A stretch of 64,000 nt of DNA from Spirochaetia bacterium. Its GTDB lineage: Bacteria; Spirochaetota; Spirochaetia; DSM-2461. Of the stretch, positions 1 to 10,304 are shown piece by piece. How positions within the stretch are numbered: the first letter of the stretch is position 1; each line of letters starts with the position of its first letter. The notes below the pieces were generated by a model, which saw nothing but the letters and a program-made list of their open reading frames with translations, made no database searches and was not told the DNA's origin. The stretch is taken from NCBI GenBank assembly GCA_963666985.2, contig CAXXIA010000002.1:480001-544000 (forward strand), in the 5' to 3' direction. The translations under genes were made by a program, and so were the position numbers.

Positions 1-1992
1 ATCCTTTCGGCCGCCATGGTTGAAAAGGCCAAATCCGGCCATCCCGGCGGCGCCATGGGCGGTGCCGAATTCATCAACCTGCTCTATGCCGAATATCTGA
101 ATTTCGATCCCTCCGACCCGACATGGTTCGAAAGAGACCGCTTCTTTCTTGATCCGGGCCACATGTCCCCGATGCTCTATGCAACCTTAAGCCTCTACGG
201 CTTCTACTCCAAAGACGAACTGAAAGAGTTCCGCCAGTGGGGCAGCCCCACTCCCGGCCACCCCGAGCTCAACCCCTCGCGCGGCGTGGAGAATACCTCC
301 GGCCCTCTGGGACAGGGACACGTTATGGCCGTAGGTTCGGCCATCGCCGACAAATTCCTCCGGGCCCGTTTCGGGGACTGGATGGGCCAAACCCATTACG
401 CCTTTATCTCCGACGGCGGCGTTCAGGAAGAAATCTCCCAGGGAGCCGGCCGCATCGCCGGGAAACTGGGCCTGGACAACCTCGTGATGTTCTACGATTC
501 CAACGACATCCAGCTTTCCACCGTTACCGCCGATGTTACGGGCGAAGATACGGCCGCCAAATACAAGGCCTGGGGATGGAACGTCATCACCGTGGACGGC
601 ACCGACGTGTCCGCTCTCCGGGGAGCTCTGGATACCGCGAAGGCCGAAACCGGCAGACCCACCCTCATCATCGGTAAAACCATCATGGGTCAGGGCGCCG
701 TGGATGCCGAAGGCGCCTCCTTTGAGAAAAAAGTCTCCACCCACGGGCAGCCTCTTTCGGCCGCCGGCGCCGACTTCGCCAAAACAATCGCCAACCTCGG
801 CGGAAATCCTGAGAATCCTTTCGCGGATCTGCCGGGCGTGGCCGAACTGATGGGTGAAATCATCGAGAAAAAGAAATCGGCCGCCGCCGCGAAGAAAGCG
901 AAGAAAGCCGAATGGGCCTCCGCCCATCCTTCCGAAGCGGCGAAACTCGCCGACTGGGTTGCCGGGAAGCTCCCCGAACTCGATTTTTCCGCGATTGAAC
1001 AAAAATCGGGCGCCGCCACCCGGGCCGCTTCGGCCGCGGTTCTGAACTGGCTGGCCGGGAAACTCGATAATATGATCGTTTCCTCGGCGGATCTGTCGAA
1101 TTCGGACAAAACCGACGGCTTTCTGAAAGCTACCAAAGCCATGGCTCCCGGAGATTTTTCCGGCGCCTTCCTCCAGGCCGGAGTGTCCGAACTTACCATG
1201 GCGGCCATACTGAACGGCATGGCTCTCCACGGCGGCGTGATTCCCGCCGGCGGTACGTTCTTCGTCTTCTCCGATTATATGAAGCCGGCCGCCCGCATCG
1301 CGGCCCTGATGGAAATCCCCGTGATCTACGTTTGGACGCACGATGCCTTCCGCGTCGGCGAGGACGGTCCCACCCACCAGCCGGTCGAACAGGAAGCCCA
1401 AATCCGTCTGTTGGAAAAACTGAAAAACCATTCGGGCAAGCCGTCTCTCCTGGCTCTGCGTCCCGCCGACGCGGCCGAAACAACCGTGGCCTGGAAACTG
1501 GCCCTGGAGAACCGCGGCACACCCACGGCGCTCATCTTGAGCCGTCAGAACATCGCCGATCTGCCCGCCGCGTCCGGCAATCGCTATAAAGAAGCTCTTC
1601 AGGCCGCCAAAGGCGCCTATATCGTGGAAGACTGCGACGGAACGCCGGACATCATTTTCCTGGCTTCCGGTTCGGAAGTTTCCACCATGGTCGGCGGAGC
1701 GGCCCTGCTCCGCGCAAAAGGGAAAAAGGTCCGTGTGGTTTCGGTTCCCTCCGAAGGACTTTTCCGAACTCAAAACGCCTCATACCAGGCATCGGTTCTG
1801 CCGGCGGGAATCCCCAAACTCGGCTTTACCGCCGGTCTGCCCGTCACTTTGGAAGGACTGGTCGGTTCCGACGGTTTCGTCTTCGGCCTGGACCATTTCG
1901 GCCATTCGGCACCCGCCAAGGTTTTGGACGAAAAGCTCGGCTTTACGCCTGAGAACGTCCTTGCCCAGGCGGAGAAAGTCCTCGCGGGTTAA
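1..1992 (+). CDS. tkt: Transketolase (5' end lies outside the window)
   Basis: SGHPGG, TPGHPE, GPLGQG, DGG..E TPP motif and GEDGPTHQP; the frame is open from base 1 (ILSAAMVEK). Confidence 0.97.
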   Translation: MLSAAMVEKAKSGHPGGAMGGAEFINLLYAEYLNFDPSDPTWFERDRFFLDPGHMSPMLYATLSLYGFYSKDELKEFRQWGSPTPGHPELNPSRGVENTSGPLGQGHVMAVGSAIADKFLRARFGDWMGQTHYAFISDGGVQEEISQGAGRIAGKLGLDNLVMFYDSNDIQLSTVTADVTGEDTAAKYKAWGWNVITVDGTDVSALRGALDTAKAETGRPTLIIGKTIMGQGAVDAEGASFEKKVSTHGQPLSAAGADFAKTIANLGGNPENPFADLPGVAELMGEIIEKKKSAAAAKKAKKAEWASAHPSEAAKLADWVAGKLPELDFSAIEQKSGAATRAASAAVLNWLAGKLDNMIVSSADLSNSDKTDGFLKATKAMAPGDFSGAFLQAGVSELTMAAILNGMALHGGVIPAGGTFFVFSDYMKPAARIAALMEIPVIYVWTHDAFRVGEDGPTHQPVEQEAQIRLLEKLKNHSGKPSLLALRPADAAETTVAWKLALENRGTPTALILSRQNIADLPAASGNRYKEALQAAKGAYIVEDCDGTPDIIFLASGSEVSTMVGGAALLRAKGKKVRVVSVPSEGLFRTQNASYQASVLPAGIPKLGFTAGLPVTLEGLVGSDGFVFGLDHFGHSAPAKVLDEKLGFTPENVLAQAEKVLAG

Positions 1993-2008
1993 ACCGCAGG
2001 CCCTTAAA

Positions 2009-2041
2009 CGGAATCGAAGAGGTTTGACCTCTTCGATTCCG
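2009..2041 (+). terminator. Perfect hairpin downstream of tkt (no U tract)
   Basis: CGGAATCGAAGAGGT-TTG-ACCTCTTCGATTCCG. Confidence 0.6.
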
Positions 2042-2089
2042 CCGCGGGACCGCGGCAAGTTTTCATATGCTGCAAAGTTCTTCAGTCGG

Positions 2090-3322
2090 ATGAAAAAAAA
2101 CCTCGTTCTTGCAATTCTGCTGATCGGTTTCACGATTTCATTAACCGCGGAAACCCAAGAGCGGATTTTCATCGTCCGTCCGAGGATTATCTCTTCCACG
2201 AAGGAACACTTCCTGGAAGAAAGCAAACTGTGGGCTAACGTTCGGCGTGACGTATCGGAATGGTACCGTGATGTTATAGAAGGATGGCATGGAAGCGGGT
2301 TTCTGTATGTTGGTGAAAACGGTGAAAACTTCATCATCACCAACCGCCATGTTCTTTCTCATGCCGCAAGTGCGGATATAACGGAAATTTCCGGAGAGGT
2401 TGAACTAACCTATACCGAATGTCCCGTTGTTTATGTTTCCGACGGCGCCGATTTCGCGGTGCTGGCTTTTCCGGAAAACATCCGGCCGTTCACGGAAGGA
2501 TTCCAAATCTACGATGGGATAATCTCCGCCGGAACGGCCGTATCCGCGGCGGGCTACCCCGGGAACGGAGACGGCCAAGAACCGATATGGAGTCTGACCG
2601 AAGGAATTGTTATCGATGGAACGGCGTATCTTCGATATCCCGATACCAATGATTTCGCCTATTTCATTGCTCATTCGGCCGCCCTGCGCGGAGGAAACAG
2701 CGGCGGTCCGCTGCTCGCCGAAATCGACGGAAAAACAACGGTTATCGGGATAAACACCTTTGTGACCAACGGAGAAAACAATATAGGGTATGCCCTGCCA
2801 AGTTCCATTCTGGTTAAAGAATGGGATAAGTTCATGGAAGTTCAAACCCGAAATACGGACTTAAGAAATCAGAAAACCCTCGAAAATACATGCGGATTCT
2901 TTACCTCCCATATCAACAGCGGTGTTCCCGATAGAAAATGGATCAACGGCGTACTATCGGAATACCTGGTTTCGGACTTCGGACTTGAAGCGGTTGAGAG
3001 TCTCGCCGGTGAGAACTACACAGTCGAAGAAATTAATATCAAGGATTACTTTTTCAGACGCCCGTGGGAGACCATGAGATTGGCCGCTTTGGAACATGTC
3101 CTTTCAATGCTGCGTCAGGATCTTCCTTTCCGCTACGAAGGCATGGTTGAAGAGAATCTCGATACCGATGCTTCGTTTCCGCCGGACGGAGTCCAATCAC
3201 GCTTTCGCGACGAGAAATCCGAGTACATAATCACTTGGGCGCTGTTATACGGAGAGTGGCGTATAACAGGAATCGACCGGGAACCGATTCGGAAACGACA
3301 CCGATACCGCTCATCCGGCTAA
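2090..3322 (+). CDS. Secreted trypsin-like (S1) serine protease with C-terminal extension
   Basis: Signal peptide MKKNLVLAILL; ITNRHV, DFAVL and GGNSGGP triad motifs; start reassigned to ATG 2090. Confidence 0.88.
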   Translation: MKKNLVLAILLIGFTISLTAETQERIFIVRPRIISSTKEHFLEESKLWANVRRDVSEWYRDVIEGWHGSGFLYVGENGENFIITNRHVLSHAASADITEISGEVELTYTECPVVYVSDGADFAVLAFPENIRPFTEGFQIYDGIISAGTAVSAAGYPGNGDGQEPIWSLTEGIVIDGTAYLRYPDTNDFAYFIAHSAALRGGNSGGPLLAEIDGKTTVIGINTFVTNGENNIGYALPSSILVKEWDKFMEVQTRNTDLRNQKTLENTCGFFTSHINSGVPDRKWINGVLSEYLVSDFGLEAVESLAGENYTVEEINIKDYFFRRPWETMRLAALEHVLSMLRQDLPFRYEGMVEENLDTDASFPPDGVQSRFRDEKSEYIITWALLYGEWRITGIDREPIRKRHRYRSSG

Positions 3323-3369
3323 CGATCCGTTCCGGTTCGGTATCTCTCCGAAAGTCCATATTCGCTTTT

Positions 3370-4257
3370 TTATGATTTCTCCGTCCGGAGCTCATCGGAT
3401 GCCGCTTCAGAGGACCGCTTTTTCTCCCGAAAGCATAAGATGGCCAGAAGAGCTCCGCCGGCCAGGATCATCCCCAGGCAAAGCACTTGTCCCATGGAAA
3501 AATGAAAGAGAACGAATCCCAAATGGGCATCCGGCTGCCGGGTATATTCGATGAAGAACCGAAAAAAACCATATCCGATAAGATACAAAGCCAGCATCGA
3601 GCCCGGTACTTTTACCCTCTTTCTCAAAAACCAAAGAATGATAAAAAGGATAATTCCTTCAAAGAAGGCCTCATAGAGCTGCGATGGATGCCGAAGCCGG
3701 TTCCCCGGCGCCGACGAAAAAATCATCCCCAAGGCCGAATCGGTTATCCTGCCGTAAAGTTCACCGTTGATGAAGTTTCCAAGCCGGCCGAATGTGTAGC
3801 CTAAGGGAACGCACGGAACAATCAGATCGGCCGCGAGCAAAAACGGAATACGCTGTTTCCGTGTGTAGAGAAAAGCGGCCAAGATTACGCCGATAAGTCC
3901 TCCATGAAAAGACATGCCCGTAATGCCGACAAAACGCCATCCGTTCGCCCGGTCGAACGGCAGAATAATCTCAAGCGGATGATGAAAATAATAAACCGGG
4001 TCGTAGAAAAAAACGTATCCCAACCGTCCGCCGAGAAGAACGCCGAGAATCATGGCGGCCATCAGGCTCTGCAGTTCTTCCAGATTGAATTCGAATCGAT
4101 CTTCGGTGTTCAGACGATGGGCCGCCAGTCCGTAAGCGACGGCGAACGCCGCGAGGTACATCATGCCGTACCAGCGAAGCTCAAAACTCCCTAATTGCAG
4201 AATAACGGGATTCATCCGTCCGGGCATTGTCCGCCACCACTCGGAAAAACCGTTCAT
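3370..4257 (-). CDS. lgt: Prolipoprotein diacylglyceryl transferase
   Basis: RWYG, GGRLGYV, GMSFHGG, GRLGNFINGELYGR, HPSQLYE; start MNGFSEWW lies just after the HAD stop. Confidence 0.96.
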   Translation of the reverse strand: MNGFSEWWRTMPGRMNPVILQLGSFELRWYGMMYLAAFAVAYGLAAHRLNTEDRFEFNLEELQSLMAAMILGVLLGGRLGYVFFYDPVYYFHHPLEIILPFDRANGWRFVGITGMSFHGGLIGVILAAFLYTRKQRIPFLLAADLIVPCVPLGYTFGRLGNFINGELYGRITDSALGMIFSSAPGNRLRHPSQLYEAFFEGIILFIILWFLRKRVKVPGSMLALYLIGYGFFRFFIEYTRQPDAHLGFVLFHFSMGQVLCLGMILAGGALLAILCFREKKRSSEAASDELRTEKS

Positions 4258-4261
4258 TTTA

Positions 4262-4906
4262 CTACCAGCCCAAAACCGCTTCCGGCGCACAGGAAAGATC
4301 GGCCGCAATCCAATGAGCGTCCGCCATGGCCCGCGCGTCGTTCGTCGTACACAGACCGAGAACCCGGCAGCCGGCGGCCAATCCCGCCGCAAGACCGCTT
4401 GTCGAATCTTCCACCACCAAACAAGTCTCGGGAGGCAATCCGATCCTCGCCGCGGCCTCAAGGAATATATCGGGATGAGGTTTTCTCCGCTCCACATCCA
4501 GCCCGTTCACCGTCGCATGAAAACTCTCGGGCGGCAGTCCGATTTCACGAAGATTATCGATCATCTTCACTTCATCGGCGCTGGTTGCCAAAGCCGTTTT
4601 CAATCCGCGTTCCCTGCAGAGCGCAACAAAGGAAAGGGCCCCGGGCAGCGCCTTGAGCCGCCCTTTAATCAGTTCACCGTAAATCTCGTAAGTTCGAGCC
4701 TTATCGCGTTCGATATCGATAGCAAAACCGTACTGTTTCGCGACTCCGCCGAGATAACTGTTCTCTCCCGTCCCCACCCACGGTTCATAATCCGCCGGCT
4801 TGGTAACGATGCCGTGCTCCGCGAACATGCGGATCGCCGCTTCACAGATAAAAGGCTCGGAATCGGCGAGAACTCCGTCCATATCAAAAATAACACCTTG
4901 CAACAT
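4262..4906 (-). CDS. HAD-family phosphatase (beta-phosphoglucomutase-like)
   Basis: FDMDGV, KPHPDIF and VEDS motifs. Confidence 0.9.
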   Translation of the reverse strand: MLQGVIFDMDGVLADSEPFICEAAIRMFAEHGIVTKPADYEPWVGTGENSYLGGVAKQYGFAIDIERDKARTYEIYGELIKGRLKALPGALSFVALCRERGLKTALATSADEVKMIDNLREIGLPPESFHATVNGLDVERRKPHPDIFLEAAARIGLPPETCLVVEDSTSGLAAGLAAGCRVLGLCTTNDARAMADAHWIAADLSCAPEAVLGW

Positions 4907-5033
4907 GATGGTTGGAGTATACGAAAGGAAGGGCTTCGTTTCTACGCGTTCGGCCGATGTTCCGCCGGAGAAACGGACCATTCGCCGCACTGTGCAAAGA
5001 GACGTTCGAAGTTTCTTTGTTTATACTCCCTTC

Positions 5034-5771
5034 ATGACTCTCATGCTCCTCGGAGACAGCCTCTCCGCCGGGAACCTCGGCATTCCGTATTCCCGTTACC
5101 TATCCTTTTCCGCCGACAGCCGCATCGCAAATCACGGTATCGACGGAGATACTCTCCGCGGCGTGCTGCTGCGTATTGAGAATGCTTTGAATTCGGATAA
5201 ACCCGATGCTGTCCTTTTGGGAATCGGGGGGAACGATATTCTTCTTCCGAAAATGGCGGCTCGGGGAGGCACATGGACCGCTTTCGTGGAAGAGATGATC
5301 GCTTCGGGCGCCGTACCGACATCCGATCCGGAAGAATTCGAAACTTTGTTCGCTCGGCTGATCCGCGTTAGCGCCGATGCGAAGCCGGAACGCATCATCG
5401 TAACAACCATCCCGCCTCTGGGTGAAAATCTGGAAAGTCCATGGAATCGCCTTCGGGAAAATCTCAACCGGCGAATCCGCCGCGTCGCGGCGGCGGCCGG
5501 CAAAGATGAGAATCCCGCCGTCCGATTGGCTGATACGGCGAACGCCTTTGAAGAGGTACTCAGGCAAAGAACAGTCCGTTCCGATTGGTTCTTCGGCGAT
5601 CCGAAGGATTTCATAACCGATAAAAGGCGCATGCGCCGCGAAAAGGGCGCCGTGATGCTGTCGGAGGAACGAGGGCTGTACCTGACAATGGACGGCGTTC
5701 ACTTCAATGAACGGGGAGCGGAACTTTTCGCCGGAGTTGTGAACAAAACCTTCGCGTTGCGTTCCGGATAA
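5034..5771 (+). CDS. SGNH/GDSL hydrolase
   Basis: LLGDSL, GIDG, GGND and DGVHFN blocks. Confidence 0.9.
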   Translation: MTLMLLGDSLSAGNLGIPYSRYLSFSADSRIANHGIDGDTLRGVLLRIENALNSDKPDAVLLGIGGNDILLPKMAARGGTWTAFVEEMIASGAVPTSDPEEFETLFARLIRVSADAKPERIIVTTIPPLGENLESPWNRLRENLNRRIRRVAAAAGKDENPAVRLADTANAFEEVLRQRTVRSDWFFGDPKDFITDKRRMRREKGAVMLSEERGLYLTMDGVHFNERGAELFAGVVNKTFALRSG

Positions 5772-5834
5772 CATACCGGAGGCCCGCCATTAAGGAATCG
5801 GATGCGGCGTTTTCCGTAATACTTTCGAAAAAAC

Positions 5835-8522
5835 TTAGCTCAGGCAGACGCCGTCCAGTCCGAACAGGCAGTTTCGGCCGTTATGCTTGGCCAAATACGT
5901 ACGGCCGTCCGCGGCTTTAAAAAGAGATTCCATCGACCGCAGTCGATTTTCGGAATTATGGGCCAGTCCCGCGCTGACTTTAATCGTAATGTTCCGTTCA
6001 ATGGAGAGAGCTCCGAAACCGTCGATCAAATTATCACGGATTCTATTCGTGGAGTAATCTTTGAGCTGAAGGGTTATAAAGGTCTTGATAATTCGTCTGA
6101 ATTCCTCGTCGATTTCGGGGAAAATTTTGTTGTAGAGAATCTTATCCTCAATCTGAGAGGAGATTTCACTGATAATCGTTTCTCCCTTAACGGAAGAATG
6201 CATATCCGAATTATTCCCTTCGGACTGACGATAATGCTTCCAGATATCGATAACATGTTCACGCGGCGTTACGTTCGGTCTCTCAATGAATTCCGACCTG
6301 GAGGCCTGACGGCTCCCGACATCCGGCCTCATCAGCCGATGAAGAAAAGACATAAGGTTAATCTCCATGCCCGCTCCCTCGGAACGGTCGTCGAAGAAAA
6401 AGCTTACAACAAGCGGGCGCTGCGTAATCGCTTTGAAAAGCTTTATCGATACCCCCTCAAATTCACTTGCTTCGGCATTCACCAGATAAAAACAGAATTC
6501 ATCTCCTCCGAATCGTCCCGGAACTCCGAGCTCGGCAAGAGGTGTGGCAAAATCGATCATACGGTTTGCCAGAGATATCAAAAGTTTATCGCCGAAATCA
6601 TGGCTGACGGCATCGTTGAAAATTTTGAAATTGTCCATATCGATGAACATGATTCCGAGCTTCACTCCCGGCTGCATAAAAACTTCATGAAGCAGGGTAT
6701 TGAAATGCTGCCGATTATACAAACCCGTAAGATTGTCGCGCCGTCCCCGCATGTAAGCCAAACCCGATTCCATATTTCCGGCAAGGGTGGCAAAAAGATC
6801 AAAAAAACGGGAATACCTCTCCAGAACCCGGCGGCTGAGCTTCATAACCGAGTCGATATCGTCCATTCCGCCGCGAACCGGAAGACGCCGGTTCAAATTG
6901 GCAAGAACGGCTTTGGGGTTCGTGGTGAGGCATTCGGTCGCCATGAAAAATAAATAGTCTTTCAGATCCGTAATACCCAGTAAAAGAGCTTCCTCATTTA
7001 CACCGTTCCACAGTTCCGTTCCCGTCAGATACTGATCCGGGATTTCCGGATTCAGGGGCTTTTTTCCTATCAGAGGAAGCTTGAAATAAATCAGAACCCT
7101 CCCGCCCGGGATTTCCCGGATAGGAAAGACGACCAACTGCTTGCGAAGAATATCCGCGGGACTCAAAGGCTGTTCCAAAATGGTGTAGAGTCTTTCCTTT
7201 TCATCGTTTCTGGAAAACAGCGCGAGCATGTGGTCCAATTCCCTATCCTCGGAATAGACGAGGACTCCGGAGATTCGGAAAAACTTTTTCATAACGATCA
7301 GTGAATCCGTAACGATGCGGTGAAGGTCCTCTCCGTATTCCAAAGCCCGCAAACGCATGGAATCCAGAAAATACCGCCAGCGGAGATTCCGCAAGGCTTC
7401 TTCACGGCGAATAACAGGCATGATAACGTCGATAAGCTTGCCGACCGTTTCTATGAACAGCTTTACGAAACGATGGGTAAGCAAGTTCTGTCTCGGATCG
7501 ACGTTACCGGCGCTGCGGCTCACCATTCGCATACTTAAAAAAGAGGATTCACCAACCTCGTTCGTTTCGGCCACCCGAAGGGCCACGTCATTAACGGTGA
7601 ATTCCATGCCGCCGGAAGCAACGGGCGGAAATCGTTTCCCTATCTGATCGAACTGTACCGAAGCAAGACCGCTTTCGGTGAAATGAAGCCTCAAAGATCC
7701 TGAGGCTATCAAACCTTCATCTCCGGCGGCCTCGATGCTCACTTCACAGGTTTCGATATCGAAAGGCCGCCATGTATACATAAGCAGCTGTTCTATAATT
7801 TCGAAGAAGCGCCGCGTTCTGTCTTTCTCGTTCATCCACATGGACGGATCGGCATTAAACGAGGCGATGATGTGAAAGTAATTCTGCATCTTTTCCTGCT
7901 GAATCATTTGAAGCTTCTGATCCAGCAGCAGCAGCAGTTCATCGCTCGGAACGCTGCTGAAGTTTATAACGATAAGATCTATTCCCTGACGGAACCAATA
8001 TTCGGTTTTGGAGATTTCATAAAAAGGAAGGTTCCCATCGGAAGCCGTCCCTTTTCCCAATAAGCTCGAAACGAAAAAATCAACGCCTTCCGCTTCGGGC
8101 AAGTCCTCCCAAAGCAAAGATTCGAGGATTCGATACACATCCTTATTGGCCGTGGAACCGAGGCCGATATCAAAATCATCGGCGGAAATATTCCTGAATC
8201 TCCAGGTGAGGATACAACTCTCCTCGGTAAGAGTCCGGCAATACCCCCGATTAATGAGATGCTTCCAGACATTTTCGGCATTCTTTCCGAACAGACGCGA
8301 GGCTTCCTGCCGGGTTATCAATCCGCTGCCGGTTTCCGGCTCGGATTCGGACGGATGGTGTTTAAGAATTTTAAAGCACAGACGTCCTTCGTCGCTTTGG
8401 CGCATCTGAAATTCACGGATATCGGCGACAGCCGGGGATACTCCGACCAGCGAGTCTATTCCATAACTCTGAATAACCTGAGAATTATTTATAACTCTGT
8501 CTTTGCTATCGACTACCCACAT
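5835..8522 (-). CDS. Large GGDEF-domain protein (diguanylate cyclase) with an interrupted GGDEF domain
   Basis: DNLTGLYNR, IDMDNFK..ND, RFGGDEF, then VSAG and AADGRTYLAKHNGRN at the C-terminus. Confidence 0.85.
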   Translation of the reverse strand: MWVVDSKDRVINNSQVIQSYGIDSLVGVSPAVADIREFQMRQSDEGRLCFKILKHHPSESEPETGSGLITRQEASRLFGKNAENVWKHLINRGYCRTLTEESCILTWRFRNISADDFDIGLGSTANKDVYRILESLLWEDLPEAEGVDFFVSSLLGKGTASDGNLPFYEISKTEYWFRQGIDLIVINFSSVPSDELLLLLDQKLQMIQQEKMQNYFHIIASFNADPSMWMNEKDRTRRFFEIIEQLLMYTWRPFDIETCEVSIEAAGDEGLIASGSLRLHFTESGLASVQFDQIGKRFPPVASGGMEFTVNDVALRVAETNEVGESSFLSMRMVSRSAGNVDPRQNLLTHRFVKLFIETVGKLIDVIMPVIRREEALRNLRWRYFLDSMRLRALEYGEDLHRIVTDSLIVMKKFFRISGVLVYSEDRELDHMLALFSRNDEKERLYTILEQPLSPADILRKQLVVFPIREIPGGRVLIYFKLPLIGKKPLNPEIPDQYLTGTELWNGVNEEALLLGITDLKDYLFFMATECLTTNPKAVLANLNRRLPVRGGMDDIDSVMKLSRRVLERYSRFFDLFATLAGNMESGLAYMRGRRDNLTGLYNRQHFNTLLHEVFMQPGVKLGIMFIDMDNFKIFNDAVSHDFGDKLLISLANRMIDFATPLAELGVPGRFGGDEFCFYLVNAEASEFEGVSIKLFKAITQRPLVVSFFFDDRSEGAGMEINLMSFLHRLMRPDVGSRQASRSEFIERPNVTPREHVIDIWKHYRQSEGNNSDMHSSVKGETIISEISSQIEDKILYNKIFPEIDEEFRRIIKTFITLQLKDYSTNRIRDNLIDGFGALSIERNITIKVSAGLAHNSENRLRSMESLFKAADGRTYLAKHNGRNCLFGLDGVCLS

Positions 8523-8592
8523 TTGATCCGCATTATAATGTCATCTTTATTTAATTTTCGGCAATGTCCTTCCATTTATCCATATCATAAAA

Positions 8593-8620
8593 CAGAGCGG
8601 CCGCATAAACGACCGCTCTG
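8593..8620 (-). terminator. Probable terminator downstream of xylA
   Basis: CAGAGCGG..CCGCTCTG stem followed by TTTT on the minus strand. Confidence 0.55.
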
Positions 8621-8752
8621 TTACTAATCATGGAAAAATACTCCGAAGCGAATCTATGAATCAACGCTTTTGAATCGGAACTCCTCTTATGCGGAGGCAT
8701 GAAGGATTTCGCTTATCGGATGCGGACCGGTTCATGGATTATCGAACTTGCC

Positions 8753-10084
8753 TCATCCAAAGAGATAGCCGTTCACCAGCGATTCGATATATTCCTGTTT
8801 ACCGCTGATTACGGCCGGTTCGCCCTTTTCACCCTTGGCGGCCACTTCCTCAAGAGTGAGTTTGCCCGCTTCAAAAGCCGCTCCGTCGCCGGAGTCCCAG
8901 CTGGAATAACGGGTTTTCACCATCTCTTCGAGCTTTCCGTCATCGAGAATTCGCTGTGCGGTTTCAAGGCCGAGGGCAAAGGCGTCCATTCCGGCGATAT
9001 GGGCCAGGAAAAGATCCTCAAGATCGGTTGAATTCCGCCGCCGTTTGGCATCGAAGTTCAAACCTCCGGTGGTGAAACCGCCCATCTTTAAAATCTCCAG
9101 CATGGCCAGAGTGGTTTGATAGACATCCGTGGGGAACTCGTCGGTGTCCCAGCCGTTCATCAAATCGCCGCGGTTGGCATCGACGCTTCCGAGCAGTCCC
9201 GCGTCTCGGCAAACACGCAAATCATGCACGAAGTCGTGTCCGGCCAATGTGGCATGGTTGGCCTCGATATTGCATTTGAAATCCTTATCCAGGCCGTAAT
9301 GACGAAGAAATCCGATAACGGTTGAAGCGTCAAAGTCATATTGATGCTTGGAAGGCTCCATGGCCTTGGGTTCGATATAGAAGGTACCCGTGAAGCCCTG
9401 CTTGCGGGCATAGTCTCGGGCCATCATGAAGAAACGGGCGATGTGGTCCTGTTCCCTTTTCATATCGGTGTTCCAGAGAGTCTGGTAGCCTTCGCGGCCG
9501 CCCCAGAACGTGTAGCCCCGGCCGCCGAGCTTAATGGTGGCGTCGATGGCGGCTTTTACCTGATGCGCCGCGTGGCCCACCACGGCGAAATCGGGATTGG
9601 AGGCGGCGCCGTTCATATAACGCGGATGGCTGAACATGTTTGCCGTTCCCCAAAGGAGCTTTACGCCGGTGGCTTCCTGCCTTGTCTTGGCCATGTCCGT
9701 AATCGCCATCAGGTTCTTCTCGGACTCGGCCTGAGTGTTTCCCTCGGGAGCGATATCCACATCGTGGAAGCAGTAGAACGGAGCATCGATTTTGGTAAAA
9801 AACTCGAAGGCCGCGTCCAGCTTTTTCTTGGCCTTCGTCATGCCGTCCGCATCGTCCCAGGGATACACCATGGTGGCGTTGCCGAAAGGATCGCCTCCGT
9901 CGCCGCAGAACGAATGCCAGTAAGCGATGGAAAAACGAAGATGATCCTTCATCGTCTTGCCGCCGATTTTTTTGTCGGGATTATAAAATTTAAATGCCAG
10001 AGGGTTATCCGATTTGGAACCTTCATAAGCGATTTTTCCGATACCGGGGAAATATTCCCTTTCGCCGATAAAAATGTCGTTCAT
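8753..10084 (-). CDS. xylA: Xylose isomerase (class II)
   Basis: [46 protein letters not shown]. Confidence 0.98.
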   Translation of the reverse strand: MNDIFIGEREYFPGIGKIAYEGSKSDNPLAFKFYNPDKKIGGKTMKDHLRFSIAYWHSFCGDGGDPFGNATMVYPWDDADGMTKAKKKLDAAFEFFTKIDAPFYCFHDVDIAPEGNTQAESEKNLMAITDMAKTRQEATGVKLLWGTANMFSHPRYMNGAASNPDFAVVGHAAHQVKAAIDATIKLGGRGYTFWGGREGYQTLWNTDMKREQDHIARFFMMARDYARKQGFTGTFYIEPKAMEPSKHQYDFDASTVIGFLRHYGLDKDFKCNIEANHATLAGHDFVHDLRVCRDAGLLGSVDANRGDLMNGWDTDEFPTDVYQTTLAMLEILKMGGFTTGGLNFDAKRRRNSTDLEDLFLAHIAGMDAFALGLETAQRILDDGKLEEMVKTRYSSWDSGDGAAFEAGKLTLEEVAAKGEKGEPAVISGKQEYIESLVNGYLFG

Positions 10085-10304
10085 TATACCTTTCTCCTCA
10101 TTCCAGCCGGGTGTATTTTCATCTGTAATACACCGGATTTCCCGAAGCTCTTCGGATTGTTCTCCGGGTTCCTTAATCCCGAATCGCGCCGATTGCCGCA
10201 TCCGTATAAAGCCGCACCGGCATCGATTCCCGATATCGCATGACCGCTTTTTTACCGCGGTCGAGATTGCTTAAGGCTCTTTAAAAGACCCATCCCGAAA
10301 AAGC

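Noticed and set aside
187..1773. 528-aa antisense ORF
   Set aside because: Shadow of transketolase in GC-rich codons; no motifs
1733..2089. N-terminal extension of the protease ORF
   Set aside because: Overlaps tkt and its hairpin; the signal peptide begins at ATG 2090
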